Shown: positions 43,797 through 58,078 of the stretch, piece by piece
Position numbering within the stretch: the stretch's first letter is position 1
Layout: every line of letters begins with the position of its first letter
Source: Octopus vulgaris
Taxonomy: Eukaryota
DNA: 64,000 nt
Assembly: GCA_951406725.2 (NCBI GenBank)
Contig: OX597821.1
Location: 36,518,001 to 36,582,000, forward strand
Direction: 5' to 3'
The notes under the pieces: model-generated
Seen by the model: the letters and a program-made list of their open reading frames with translations, nothing else
Database searches by the model: none
What the model was told of the DNA's origin: nothing
Made by a program: the position numbers and the translations under genes

Positions 43797-44196
43797 CTCT
43801 CTTTTACTCCTTTACTTGTTTCAGACGTTTGACAGTGGCCATGCTGGAGCACCGCCTTTAGTCGAGCAAATCGACCCCAGGACTTATTCTTTGTAAGCCT
43901 AGTACTTATTCTATCGGTCCCTTTTGCCGAACTGCTAAGTTACAGGGACGTAAACACACCAGCATCGGTTGTCAAACGATGATGGGGACAAACACAGACA
44001 CAAAAACATATACACACACATATATATATATGTGTATACGACGGGTTTGTTTCAGTTTCCGCTACCAAATCCACTCACAAGGCTTTGGTCGGCCCGAGGC
44101 TATAGTAGAAGACGCCCAAGGTGCCACGCAGTGAGACTGAACCCGGAACCATGTGGTTCGTAAGCAAGCTACTTACCACACAGCAACTCCTACGCC
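43797..44196 (-). mobile_element. SINE family B
   Basis: Reverse complement of 49641-50093. Confidence 0.85.
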
Positions 44197-44944
44197 TATC
44201 TCCATTTTCCCTCTCTCTTTCTCTATCTCTCTCTCCCAATTTTTTTCCTCTCATCTCTTTCTATCTGAAAGCCTCGGCTCGAAACGTCAAAAACTTCATT
44301 TTTCCCTGAGCGTCAAATTAATACCAGTCTTTGTCTTTTGTTTTTTTAACATTTGAACCATATATACGCGCGCGCGTGTGTGTACATGTAGGCACACATA
44401 CACATCTCTATATAGTTTCTGGCATAAATAATGTTAGTCATATAGTGGTCAAACGCAGAGGTGCGAAGATTTTAGTTGTTGCAATAGAAACCGTGGCAAG
44501 TGTTTTCGTCGATGATAGGCATTTTAATTCTTAACAGTAATAATTGTTACTAGGGTAGGTACGAAGCGGTAAATTTAAGAGAATAGGTTTAGTCGATCAT
44601 ATCGGTCTAAGTAACTTATTTTCTTGACACCAGATGTATAAGAGATAAAGCTAACTTCGACAGAACTCGAACTCAGAACATTAAAGAGCCGAAACAAATG
44701 TAGCATAGCATATTTTTTTTTCCTAAGGTTGCGGCCTTATCATTGAAAACTATTCAAAATAATATAAAAGAAGGGGAAGGAGGAGGAGGAGGAGGAGGAG
44801 TGTAGGAAGGGTGTGCAGGAGTTACAAATTGCTAGTAATGAATCTTGTCCAAGACATGCTTAAATGTGTGCTTAAATGCGTACAGTTATACTTGCTCGTG
44901 CGCACATCTTTGTGTATATGTACTCCTGTCGCTTTGCAGGTTGT

Positions 44945-44991
<47 letters not shown>

Positions 44992-45283
44992 TATAATATT
45001 TATATTACATATATACGTATGAATAATGTGTGTGTGTGTGAGGGTGAGAGAGAGGGGCGCTTGGATCTTGTTTGTCCTCCTCTCCCTCCATCTCGATACA
45101 TATCGTTACTCCGGATCAGTGAAACGTGAGATCAACTTTTCAAGTTATTATTTAAAGTGTTATTAGCTTTTCTACCTTCTTTCCTCAACGTCCCCAGTTC
45201 TCTCACCTTTTCACCACCTACTTCACACCCTTTTTCCCACTTACTACCATTTACTGTCTTGTCTACGCACACTGTGGAAGACA

Positions 45284-45337
<54 letters not shown>

Positions 45338-45933
45338 TTTCTCTACACATACACATGTATACGTATATATCCCCTACATTTTTTCCCCGGTCCTGCCAGC
45401 CTCAATTCCGTTTTGTTTTCGTTGGGAAGGGGAAGATGTGTTTGAACCTTGCCCTCATATCATTGAATTGCTGCCGTGATGATAAAGTGAAGCTAATAAA
45501 ACGTCAACGAAAACCTCAAACTCCGATCCCACCCGTTGGCCTGCCGCAACCCTTTTGGGGGAGGAGGGGCTAACTTTCCTCCACCTTGTATTATCTCCAT
45601 TTATACACACATTAAAATAAAAATATAAATTCTGTTAGAAACAGTATAAAATAGGATGGGTGAGGGTGGATAGTTAAAAAGAAGGAATAAAGAAGGGAGC
45701 AACTTGACCATGACATTAGTGATGTAAAGTGAACTGATAAAGGGTTCATAGTAATTTCTCACACCACCCTACGTTAGCTGCGAACCCGCTACCTTAGCTG
45801 TCGGCTGATCTTTGTACAAAACATACCAGTGATATATATTCGGAATATTTGACAGCGTATTTACTCATATGTGCATGTGTGTATTTATATTCGTACATAC
45901 ATTATATGTGTGTATATGTACACGTGTCTGTAT

Positions 45934-46006
<73 letters not shown>

Positions 46007-46639
46007 AATATATGTATATGGGTATAGTCATATACGTTTGCTCGTGTTTATGCGTGTTTCAACTGAAGTATTATAACCAAGTAGCAGAGAGGTATTTGGA
46101 GAGAGGCTCCTATGGTGCGTCACACCAGGATTCCCTAACATGACGAGTTTCCGACAGCTTAGATTAAGGAGATGGTCAACTGACTTTTGTCATTAAATTC
46201 GTTTCTGTTCCACATTTTATTAATGTTACCGGCTCCTCTAAACTTTCTTGCACCTAAGAGAGCAACTAATATTTTGGAGACTTGTTTATTTTATGTTATT
46301 TAATGGCGGATGGGCATAAGTGACAACGTCCTAAATGAACGTTGATGCAGAACACAAAGCCTTTTCCGGAACCAACCCGATTCAACCTTTCGACCTACCG
46401 ACCTGTCTCTTTGCAACGACTTCTAGAACGACTCCTCTGAACTACCCTGTTGTTTAGCCACTCCACTTAACGTCACAATACATTAATCTCTCTTCCTTTG
46501 TTAACCCCTATAGTTTCTTATATTCCAGACTTTGCACTGAAGAAAGTGTACTCAAATAGCCAAGCACCCAAACTCTTCTTGTTTAAGACTAATATACAAC
46601 TACAGATATCAACTACAGATATACAACTATAGATATCAA

Positions 46640-47310
46640 TGAGGGAGCAGGAAGTCCACCAGTCTCTATTACTGATGTGAAGATTCAAAAAGCTCAAGAG
46701 ATGGTTCTGACAAACCGATGAGTGATCATCGATGAGGTGACCTGTTCTCTGCAAAGTGGTCATAGTTCTGCATACGAAATCATCCCCGACAAGCTTCGTT
46801 TCCGTTGAGTCTCTGAGAGATGGGTGCTATGAGAACTTAGCGAAGTGCATGAGCTGAATACTGTGGGGTCAGTCAACGCTTACTCGATCGCTATAACGAT
46901 GAAGCCGAAGCTTTTTGGAGAGAATAATCATGGGAGATGACATCTGGATCTATCACTTTTGGCCACAATCCAAAAGACAATGGAACCACTCAGAACACCC
47001 GGCGAAAAAGAAATTTAAGACTAAGCCTTCTGCAGTAAAAATTATGCTTTCCGTTTTTTATAACATAAAAGGTTTACACTGGAACAAAACCTGGGAAAGT
47101 GGTCTACAGTTACCAATGAAGGTTACAGTGAGATGCTGGCCTAGAAACCAGCCATTCGCACATAACGCTGAAAACTATTGTCAAATCAAGTGTTGTTGTT
47201 GCATGAAAATGCCCACCCACTTACGGTGGGCCACACCGTTGAAACCATTGAACAATTGGGCTTCACGTTGGATTTCGTGTTAAGATTCGTGTTGCTGAAA
47301 CACCCTCCAT
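46640..47310 (+). pseudogene. mariner (DD34D) transposase relic
   Basis: ERIIMGDDIWIYHFWPQSKRQW...KKFKTKPSAVKIMLSVF, then LLLHENAHP in another frame; cut off by the insertion at 47311. Confidence 0.8.
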
Positions 47311-47687
<377 letters not shown>

Positions 47688-48942
47688 CATACATATACGC
47701 TGTGTTCTTTCGCTGAAATCTACATGTCTTTTCATTCTCTCTGTTTATTTCCTCTTATTCCTTCCTGTTAAAGAGCGTAGGCTCGAAATGTAAAATACTT
47801 TTTCATTTTTCCCGAGCTTCAAACTAGTACACTTGTCTGTACTTCATACACTTGTCTTCGTCTTTTGTTTTTCTATAAATTTCGACTTGATATACATACA
47901 TACATACATACATACATACATACATACATCACTACAGAATCAAGCGTTTTTTAAAACTCAAATTAGAATTCGTGATAGTTAATGTATGTGTGTGTTTGTG
48001 TGTGTGTGTATGTGTGTGTGTGTCCCTGTGTGTCTGTGTCTGTGTGTGTCTGTGTGTGAGTGCATTATTGAAGCGACATTATAAATGTTAGAAGCATTGA
48101 CATTAAGACAGAGAGATGGCAAACAAAATCGGAAGTGATGAGAAACGCTATAATGAAGAGAATAGCAAAAGCCAAAAGAGGGAAAACCTACGGATTCCAG
48201 CAGAGGTGAAAAAAGGTCCAGGGAATTTGGACTCGATGTGATTAGATGAAGTCTTAGACTAGACAAATCGCTAAAAGTCACTCCGTTGAAGATTGGATAA
48301 AATTTTGTCACGATAAATCTTCGCATGATAAATATTATTTACGCAAATAAAGAAATATTGACATTATCTCACATATTTTTATAGGTTCCTCAATTTTGTG
48401 ATGTTACTTTAGAAGGAAGACTCAACAGCTTCTACTGGATGCAGAATGAAAGTTTGTTCAGAGCGTGATTCTTTTGTCTACTCTGTGTATATGTCTGTGC
48501 GTGTATGTGAATTTCTGTGTGCGCGCACGCGCGTATGTGTGTGAGCGTGGGTATTTATGTGAGTGCATGAGTGTGCATGTGTGTGTAAGTGTGTGTGAGT
48601 GTGAATGTGTGTGTGTGTTCGACTAGCTTCTCTTTTTCTTCTACCCAATCAGCTGACAAAACTTTGACCAAGGCTTTTAGTAGATGTGACACGCAGTTTG
48701 GCAGCGAACTTTTTAAGCACACAGCCATGCTGCTACACCTATGTGTGTGTGTGTATTATATATATACATATATTCGTGTGTGTGTGTGTGTGCTCGTGTA
48801 GGTATATGTATGTATAAACATTCGCACACTCATTCTCACAAACACACACATATATACGCGTACGCAGACCCAACACATCCATATAGATAGATACATACAA
48901 ATACAAACAGATAGATACATGCAGATAGATAGATATACAGAC

Positions 48943-49039
<97 letters not shown>

Positions 49040-49640
49040 CGCATGTGTATGTGGGTATGTATCTGTGAATGTGTGTGTTTAACAATTTTCCTCGTTTAGT
49101 TTTGTCTTTATCGGGTGTAAAACATTCACTTCCGGTTGTGACTGTACAATGGAGGAAATGAAGACACGGGCGGTCCAGCAATAGTAAGTTGAGAGCAGAA
49201 AATATGTGTCTAACGACAAAGGCAGTCCGGACAGTGTCAAGACAGCAAGGAAACATCTATAGGCGTAGAAACAATAACAGTGGCAGTAGCATTAACAACG
49301 TCAAGAGCAACAGTATCAGCAATAATTATATATCAATAACATAAAAGAGGTCAGCTAGGTGTGCGAGGTGTTCCTAGCATTCTCTTCTTTGTGTCGTCAC
49401 AAAAATGACAGAGAGAGACGCTGGTGTATAAAGATGTGTCTGTGGCTGCTTTAACAATACAGTCAAGTACCACAGAGCATCAGATGTAAAAAAATCGCAG
49501 CCGACATTATTAATAAATTGCAACAGCAGAGAGAAGCGATAGCAATTTAATGAAGGAATCTGTACGTGAATGTCCGGTTGAATAGTTAAAACTACCAAAT
49601 CTTCTTCGAATAACATCCTACCAAAGAAAGGTTCTTCTGG

Positions 49641-49791
49641 AGGCGTAGGAGTGGCTGTGTGGTAAGTAGCTTGCTTACGAACCACATGGTTCCGGGTTCA
49701 GTCCACTGCGTGGCACCTTGGGCAAGTGTCTTCTACCATAGCCTCGCGCCGACCAAAGCCTTGGTACACGGAAACTGAAAGAAGCCCGTCG

Positions 49792-49833
<42 letters not shown>

Positions 49834-49840
49834 AGTGTGT

Positions 49841-49876
<36 letters not shown>

Positions 49877-50093
49877 TTGTGTGTCTGTGTTTGTCCCCCC
49901 AACATCGCTTGACAACCGATGCTGGTGTGTTTACGTCCCCGTGACTTAGCGGTTCGGCAAAAGAGACCGATAGAATAAGTACTGGGCTTACATACGAATA
50001 AGTCCTGGGGTCGATTTGCTCGACTAAAAGGTGGTGCTCCAGCATGGCCACAGTCAAATGACTGAAACAAGAAAAAGAGTTAAAAGAAAGAGT
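49641..50093 (+). mobile_element. SINE family B, near full length
   Basis: tRNA-like head GGAGTGGCTGTGTGGTAAG...GGTTCAGTCC, internal (TA)n(TG)n, A-rich tail. Confidence 0.85.
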
Positions 50094-50775
50094 ATAATGA
50101 ATTCCTAAATGCATTGTGTCTAAAATGAAAAGAGAACATAACACGGTTAGTCATAGTTGAAAAGAGGACATAGTGAGGTTTAATTATCTACTCATTCGAG
50201 CAAGGCAAACTGGGAATGAGAGCGAAAAATAGCCCTCCTAAAATGACACTTCAGTACTACGAACAAGGGTGATTATACGTGGACACACATACGGTGGAAA
50301 TAAAAAATAAATTTAGCTCTAACTACATCCTGTAGCCTTAAAAAAAGAAGGAAACATTGAATAATGTAGTCCTTGATATTTTGTGCCTATAGAAAGAAAG
50401 ACAAGACGGTGTTGGCGGGGTTGTCTGAGAATATGCTCACTAGATCAGTACTGACCTAAACATGAGCAACGTATAAGCTAATTATGAACGGCAGTAAAAG
50501 TTAGTAGCTATTTTAGTAGGGCTATCCAAGACTTCAGTCCTATGCGCGAGATATTCACATACTTTCGGGGTTAGTCCTACTAAGCAGCACTTCCAGAAGT
50601 TTCTTCTAGCAATGCGGAAACTGGACTGCGTGGAAGTCTGTATGTATATATATACGATATTTTCCAAGCAATTTTCCAAGTAATAGTTGTCGCGACACAA
50701 CGTGACAATTCTCGACCAATCACGGGTTAACGTCCAGTAATAAACATTGACTCTCTTCAACCGACTCATTCAAAC

Positions 50776-50824
50776 TCCTATGGCCGAAGATTAGCATCAT
50801 GCTTGAAACTCAGAGTACCAAGGA
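50776..50824 (+). ncRNA. type-I hammerhead variant (CCGAAGA core)
   Basis: TCCTATGG-CCGAAGA-TTAGCA TCA TGCTT-GAAA-CTCAGAG-TA-CCAAGGA, about 25 bp upstream of (TA)n(TG)n. Confidence 0.7.
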
Positions 50825-50847
50825 ATTTAAATCAAACTGTTTTGATC

Positions 50848-50908
<61 letters not shown>

Positions 50909-51524
50909 TGTATGTATATATGTATACAAACAAACACAAGCAAAAGTATATAAACCACATGCACTATTTTTGACATGAAAATACCTTCAGAAATTCTTTT
51001 TTTATCAGAAATCGTCACAACTGTAATTATGTATACATATATGTGTGTGTGTGTAAATAGCTGGTTAGGACACCAAAGACAGGAAGTTCAAACACAGGAA
51101 GTTGAGAACACGATTTGAAGAAGTGAACCTTTATATACAAAGCAATATTATTTATTTTTAATAAAAACAAAATAAATAATGACATTATTATCTTTCCAAT
51201 GTGAAATTATTCGTGTACCCCAAGTATGGTACAGATTGATCCAGAGTTTTGAGCGTGCATTGAGGACATACACACAGAGAGGGTATTTTATATATTAAGA
51301 TATATACACATACTACGATGCATTTTTCAATGCAGTTAGTTTTCGTTAATCTTCGTAAATACAGTTATCCTATTTATGTCTATGTGTGGTCAAAAAACTG
51401 AGCTCACCTCAGTCCCATTATTGGCATTCTTTTATTGCAAACTGAATGAAAGAAGTATATTCTTTGTTTATATATAACATGCAGTTATATCATTAAATAT
51501 TGTTAGATACAAAATGAAAAAATA

Positions 51525-51876
51525 ACAGCATCGGAGGGGCGATGCATACCCTGCGCGCTCACATGGATAAATTAAATTTAATTCAATAAATATTCTCTCA
51601 GATAAGTTCGTATTTCAAAATGACATCAAGAGTCATTTCCCCTGTTTATTGTTTATGCATAAGGAAGAGAAAAAAAAACATTTTTATTCCCTCGTCCACC
51701 AGTTTTGAAGATAATCAAACCAAAATTTAATGAGTTCGAGCCCACTCGCCCAATGAGTATTTCTACCAAATTTGGTGAAAACACTTTCAACCGATTTCCA
51801 ATAATTTTGAAAACACACCAACAGACCAAGACGAGCGACTACAATACCCTGCTTTCACCTACGCACGTAGGGTAAT
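51525..51876 (+). mobile_element. possible Helentron-associated non-autonomous element (HINE-like)
   Basis: ATACCCTGC occurs near both ends; CCAAATTTGGTGAAAA core; 3' ACCCTGC...GTAGGGT stem-loop. Confidence 0.4.
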
Positions 51877-52559
51877 CAGAGTCAAGCGGAGCTAGATGAT
51901 ATATATAGATATATAACAACAATATAATGTTAGTGTTACTTATGTTAAAGTAATAGGCATATATACATAAATACGCCCCACCGAATTTATTTTGTCATAA
52001 CATCAACAAAAATTGATATTTTTCAAAAACATTTTCCATAAATATTCTTCAGATAGTGTAGATTTCGAATATATCTGAATTTGTTCTGAAAATATATATT
52101 TAGGGGATGTGGAGGAGGAGATTCAGAAGATTCATACGTGTTGGCTTTGTTTCCTCATATCTTTCGGAAAAGCAATTCTTTTTAGATGAAGAACTCGACA
52201 AATACCTTTCCAAGTGTAGATTATGATTACTTAAGAATTTAATACGCAATTAAAATTATTGGAAAAGTACACATACATACTAATACTCATCATTTTTTTT
52301 TTTTTTTCGAAAAATTTATATTCACATCCAACTCCATTATAATCCGAATCTACTCCTTATCTTCACCATCTAAGGCACATTTGTAGAAAATTTCATTAAA
52401 GAATATCCATCATTCTGAAAGTTAGGAAAGAAATTTATTGAGGCATATATGTGTAGGTATGCTTCAGCTAATCCAGGACGATTATTGTATATCGTCCATA
52501 GTAAATATGTATTATTTTAAATATAGTAGAATATGTGTGTGTGTATTGTTTAAACCTCG

Positions 52560-52768
52560 CCAAGATAAATATTTAAGCCACCTGATGAATGACTGTAACT
52601 CGAAAATTTAAAGAAATTAACAGCCATGAAACGATCGTAGTGTTATATTAATTATATTTTTTTAATAATTTTGTTATATATTTAAATAATATAAATTAAA
52701 TAATCTTATGTATTGGCTTAAGTTTTTCATTGTATGATTTGCCTAATAGTGGTTTTGTCTCTAATTTA

Positions 52769-52811
<43 letters not shown>

Positions 52812-53073
52812 AAATTAGAGACAAAACCACTATTATGCAAATCAAACAAAAAAGACTTAAGCCAATACATAAAATAATTTATATAAATTAAAATTTAACA
52901 AATGAATAACCACTATATAAATTATTTTATGTATTGGCTTAAGTCTTTCTTTGTTTGATTTGCATAATAGTGGTTTTGTCTCTAATTTATTATAATATAA
53001 TATTTTACTATAAAATTGGATTCAATCTTAAATCTGATTTTTCCTTGTAAATTTGGATTTATTCCCTAATATT

Positions 53074-53078
<5 letters not shown>
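52560..53078 (+). mobile_element. PLE terminal repeats (direct, inverted, direct) with HHR, in (TA)n
   Basis: ~80-bp unit at about 52695-52775 (+), 52805-52885 (-) and 52914-52995 (+), extended to 53078. Confidence 0.8.
52579..52642 (+). ncRNA. type-I hammerhead ribozyme
   Basis: CAC-CTGATGA-ATGACTGTAA...TTAACAGCCAT-GAAA-CGATCG-TA-GTG. Confidence 0.75.
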
Positions 53079-53160
<82 letters not shown>

Positions 53161-53163
<3 letters not shown>

Positions 53164-54848
53164 AATAAGAATATCCAGGTTATCTGCTAATAAAGAATTG
53201 TTTTAACAACATGCACCCTATTACAATATTACATTAGTTAGGGCTGGTCACCAAGAGAAAATTTAGTACATGTAAGACATAGATATACATAACTCTGCCA
53301 ATTCCTCCACAAATAATACACATTACACACCAATAGAACATGTGACAGTAAGCGAATAGATTCAGATCAAAAATACAGATCAAAAAGAACTGGTCAAAGC
53401 AATAAACTACAAACCAAAACTCATAGACACACACAACACAAATCGTACTACCGCCTATAACACAAAAAATTGTCCCAACCCTATACAACATACTGGAACA
53501 AATAAGCAAACAACAAATATAAGAATCATGATGTCCTCTGGTACAACTCAATACACAGTTCACATGTTTCAACGAAGTTCGCTACGAATTTTTTGCTGCT
53601 TTAAACAAATGTTTCCCAGTATCAAATGATACCATGCTATTTTTAATAGACACACAGTGAAGGTGTCATATGCTAACTCTATTAGTTTAGAATAGCTTAT
53701 GCATCGCATTAATAACAGCAAAATGAAGCAACTGTTGAGTTATCCACCTACTGGAACTGTAACTTATGACGAGCGAACTACTTCCGGCTCGATAAACAGA
53801 AGACAGTAAATATATACATCAAAATGTCAAGAAAGGAAATACCAACCAGACTGAAAAATACTTGATGTGGCCACATCGTAAAAATAGCAATAATAGTGAT
53901 ATAGCCAACACGCTAACTTGTCGGAAAATGAAGTCAGCACTGCCACAAATACAGTTAACTTTAATAAATGGGCATACAGAGAAAAAACAAAATACCCAAT
54001 GATGAACCACTGTATGAGTACGAATCTTGTATATAAATGCACCGTATACACAAGAGGAGGATCGTACGTTTACATTGGGGCAACGACTGATTCATTCAAG
54101 AATCGTTATTGCAAACAGGTCGCCAGCTTTAAGAACCTCAACATGAGGCATTCGATAACTTCGGTTGATTTTGTGTGGTGACTGAAGGAGGATAAAAAAT
54201 AAAAATGATATAACTTGGTCCACGCACAACTATAAAATACCCTTTCTAGGAGGTGCGGACTCTACTCCGAGAAATCCAAGTCTATTTTGTGGACCAACGA
54301 CAAGATCATTAATAGGACTTCTAAAAGACTGTCAAGGTGCTTACATACTTATAACATACGCATAACTTGCGCACAATGCAGTGAGAATGAATTTTATCAA
54401 CCGTTAACCAAATTAATTACCATAATTCACATGAGGATATGGATGAATTAATTATAATCTCTTCATTCTTATAAACGCAAGTATCTATTTAATTCGCTGT
54501 GTGAGTGTATGTTCGTATGATTATATCTTCGTGTAAGTTTGTACGAGTGAGTGTACGTGCGCCATACTACCAAAACGAGAGCGTTTATATATCCATATTT
54601 ATTATTGGTTATATTTAATACTTTTTTCGCTGTATGGTGTATTCTTTATATTTGTATCTGATTTTTATTGATTTTCTATAATAATGAAGTTATATCCCTT
54701 AATTTGCTTGTTTTCTATACACAAACCGAGAAGGAAATTTGCAGAACAGGCGTTGTTTTAGCGAGATACATCTCGAAACAAATGTAGTGATCGACAAAAT
54801 ATTCTCGTTTCTTCCATCCTCCATCTCTCCTTCATCAAATATTTATAT
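53161..54848 (+). mobile_element. decayed 5'-truncated PLE (Naiad-type)
   Basis: Starts at (TA)n with RISRLSANKELF*QHAPYYN; then LNKCFP..IFNRHTVKVSY; CMSTNLVYKCTV..YVYIGATTDSFKNRY (GIY-YIG, 53918-54181). Confidence 0.85.
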
Positions 54849-54911
54849 AGTGGGTTCATAAGTACAGAAATGTATGTATCAGCACTATCGTCAGTTCCAT
54901 CGTCAAATTAG

Positions 54912-55098
54912 TTGTAGTAGTGGTGGTGGTGGTGGTGTTGGTGGTGGCGTCGGCGGCGGTGGTGGCGTCGGCGGCGGCGGTGGTGGTTGTGGCGATGGTA
55001 GTTGTGACGATGGTGGTTGTGGTTGTGGTGGTGGTTGTGGTGGTGGTGGTGGTGGTGGTGGTGGTGGTGGTGGTGGTGGTGGTGGTGGTGGTGGTGGT
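54912..55098. repeat. (GGT)n-type trinucleotide repeat
   Basis: Visible array. Confidence 0.95.
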
Positions 55099-55585
55099 TA
55101 CCTTGATTTGTATTTGTCGTTTTCGACGTTGTTGTCATGGTCGTCGTCATTGAGATCTAAGTTTATTTCAGGTCAGGGAATCTAAGTTATTATCACACGC
55201 TACTTCCATTTCAAAAATATCAAAAAGATATGACAACTCTTGCAGTACAGGTAAGGCAATAACCCATGTAATTTCGTTAATCGTACAGGTAACAGGTGTC
55301 ATTTTTCGGCGAACGCTTGTGAGTGTATGTATGTGTATATAAGTATGTGTTCAGGTATTTATAAATAAATGTGTCTATATGAACGTGTGTATGTTATGAT
55401 CAAACTTTTTTTCTCAGCAAATTCTGCTAAGGTTATTTTGTAATTTATAGTTATGCAAAAACGCATGCTTATATATATATATATATATGAATATATATAT
55501 ATATATATATCTGTATGGATGCATGTATATATATGTGTGTGTGAGTGTAAGAATGTATGTATCTATGTATGTTTCAGTGCGTCTA

Positions 55586-55793
55586 CTCTTACTCTTTACT
55601 CTTTTACTTGTTTCAGTCATTTGACTGCGGCCATGCTGGAGCACCGCCTTTAGTCGAGCAAATCGACCCCGAGACTTATTCTTTGTAAGCCTAGTACTTA
55701 TTCTATCGGTCGCTTTTGCCGAACCGCTAAGTGACGGGGACGTAAACACACCAGCATCGGTTGTCAAGCAATGTTAGGGGGACAGACACACAA

Positions 55794-55862
<69 letters not shown>

Positions 55863-56027
55863 TACGACAGGCTTCTTTCAGTTTCCGTCTACCAAATCCA
55901 CTCACAAGGCATTGGTCGGCCCGGGACTATAGCAGAAGACACTTGCCCAAGATGCCACGCAGTGGGACTGAACCCGGAACCATGTGGTTGGTTAGCAAGC
56001 TACTTACCACACAGCCACTCCTGCGTC
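55586..56027 (-). mobile_element. SINE family B, full length
   Basis: Reverse complement of the 17221 and 49641 copies. Confidence 0.85.
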
Positions 56028-56160
56028 TATGTATTTATCTATATACATTTATTGACAAAATGCATGTTACACACCAGCAAACACTTCAGTCGAGAGACAA
56101 ATTCATGGTTACAAAGAAACGTAATCTTAAATTTTTGTCTATCGCTATCTATCTACCTAC

Positions 56161-56266
<106 letters not shown>

Positions 56267-56380
56267 GTCTATCTATCTATCTATTTATCTATCTGTCTGT
56301 ATGTATGTGCATGTATATATATAGATACACACAAACAAACACACATATGCACACAAACACACACACACACACACACATAT

Positions 56381-58019
56381 ATTTGATAGATCGGTACCTC
56401 CATTTGATAGATCGGTACCTCCAATGCTTCGATTGATCATCACGCGGGACGAAGTCAAACGTGTTATTCAAGGCCTCGATGTCAACAAGGGTCACGGCCC
56501 TGACGGCATACACCCACGGGTTATCAAAGCGTTGGCTCCGGTCATCTGCGAGCCCTTAACACGACTATTCAATATGTCATTGGCGACGGGTGTTATACCT
56601 GCAGACTGGAGAACAGCGATAATCTGCCCAATTTTCAAGAAAGGGAGCCGCGAAGACCCGCTTAACTACCGACCGGTTTCCCTTACATCAATAATCAGCA
56701 AGATGTTCGAAACCATCCTTAAGAAAAGTATGATGCTCCACCTCCTAAACACAGCCTCGATCACTGATTCCCAACACGGCTTCGTGCCGAAGAGATCATG
56801 CTTGACCAACTTACTAGTAATGGAAGAATTGGTGACGCGCATCCTCGATGATAGTGATGCTGTTGACATCGTTTTATTGGACTTTGCCAAAGCTTTTGAC
56901 TCGGTAAACCACCGCCTACTACTTGTCAAGCTTCAAGCATATAGTTTCCATCCGGATATTGTACGATGGGTTGGTGCCTTCCTCTCAGATCGCTCCTTCC
57001 AAGTTCAAGTTAATGGTTCGCGGTCCGACGTCTCCAGTGCGAGCAGTGGCGTGCCTCAAGGTTCAGTGCTTGGGCCCTTGTTGTTCTTAGTCTTCATAAA
57101 TGACTTGCCCGACGACCTCACGCAACACACCCTTCTATTTGCCGACGATATCAAACTGGTCGCTCCTCGCGGTAGTATAGAGGATCTTCGTCGATGCCTC
57201 CACCAAATTTGGAAGTGGTCTAACGATTGGGACCTGTGTCTGAACGTGTCAAAGTGCTGTCATCTGCCTGTCGGCTCTACTCCTGCAACTCAACTTGATT
57301 TCGAGCCGGGTCGTCTGCTGCTGGAGAGGACCGATCAGGTAAAGGACCTGGGTATCTTGGTGGATTCCTCCTTTTCGCCTTCGGCCCAGTGCGTCCATGC
57401 TGCCAACAAAGCACGCGGAATTCTGTTTTTGATTCGACGGTCATTCGGAATGCTCACAGCAGCCATATTCCTGCCACTCTATGTCACGCTGGTGAGACCC
57501 ATATTGGAGTATGGGATTCAAGCCTCTTCTCCTTATCTCCTCAAAGACATACAGCACCTCGAAAGAGTCCAGAGGCTGGCTACCCGCATGGTTCATGGTC
57601 TCAAAAATTTGTCCTACGAAGAAAGGCTGAGGACGCTCGACCTTTATTCTCTTGAAAAACGCCGCCGCCGTGGTGATCTCATTCTCGCCCACAACATCAT
57701 AAGCGGGAAGTGTAACCTCTCGAAAGAGCTGTTCTTCACTCCTGCTCCGGAGCGTCGGCTGCGGGGTCATTCCGAAAAGCTCTACCTGCGACGATTTCAT
57801 CTCAATCGAAGGAGAGGAGCTTTCTCCGTCCGGGTTGCGGATCCGTGGAACAAGCTGCCAGACGAGATGGTGAAGATGCCGACGACCGCTTTGTTCAAAG
57901 CCTCCCTGGACCTCAAGTGGCCTGAACTCTTTACATGAACACCACCCTGTACTTGACTCCATGTCCCCCTACATGGCCTTGCTATTTGCTTTTGAGCCAA
58001 ATTAACTAACTAACTAACT

Positions 58020-58023
<4 letters not shown>
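56381..58023 (+). mobile_element. 5'-truncated CR1-group LINE with (TAAC)n tail
   Basis: RT ORF, ~65-bp 3' UTR, (TAAC)5 tail; lies between (CA)n and (TA)n. Confidence 0.92.
56424..57938 (+). CDS. LINE ORF2 reverse transcriptase domain (no endonuclease; uninterrupted 504 aa)
   Basis: GPDGIHP, NYRPVSLTS, QHGF, DFAKAFDSV, GVPQGSVLGPLLF, FADDIKL, KDLG, RRRRGDLI, WNKLP. Confidence 0.93.
   Translation: MLRLIITRDEVKRVIQGLDVNKGHGPDGIHPRVIKALAPVICEPLTRLFNMSLATGVIPADWRTAIICPIFKKGSREDPLNYRPVSLTSIISKMFETILKKSMMLHLLNTASITDSQHGFVPKRSCLTNLLVMEELVTRILDDSDAVDIVLLDFAKAFDSVNHRLLLVKLQAYSFHPDIVRWVGAFLSDRSFQVQVNGSRSDVSSASSGVPQGSVLGPLLFLVFINDLPDDLTQHTLLFADDIKLVAPRGSIEDLRRCLHQIWKWSNDWDLCLNVSKCCHLPVGSTPATQLDFEPGRLLLERTDQVKDLGILVDSSFSPSAQCVHAANKARGILFLIRRSFGMLTAAIFLPLYVTLVRPILEYGIQASSPYLLKDIQHLERVQRLATRMVHGLKNLSYEERLRTLDLYSLEKRRRRGDLILAHNIISGKCNLSKELFFTPAPERRLRGHSEKLYLRRFHLNRRRGAFSVRVADPWNKLPDEMVKMPTTALFKASLDLKWPELFT

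Positions 58024-58078
<55 letters not shown>

Noticed and set aside
46532-46570. CTGAAGA-AAGTGTACT-CAAA possible decayed HHR
   Set aside because: GAAA is absent and the stems are weak.
54179-54181. In-frame TGA as selenocysteine (some Naiad PLEs encode selenoproteins)
   Set aside because: It falls at a variable non-Cys position (W*LK) in a copy with many other stops and frameshifts, and I saw no SECIS.
56666-58000. Antisense and alternate-frame ORFs over the LINE
   Set aside because: Shadows of the GC-rich RT frame.
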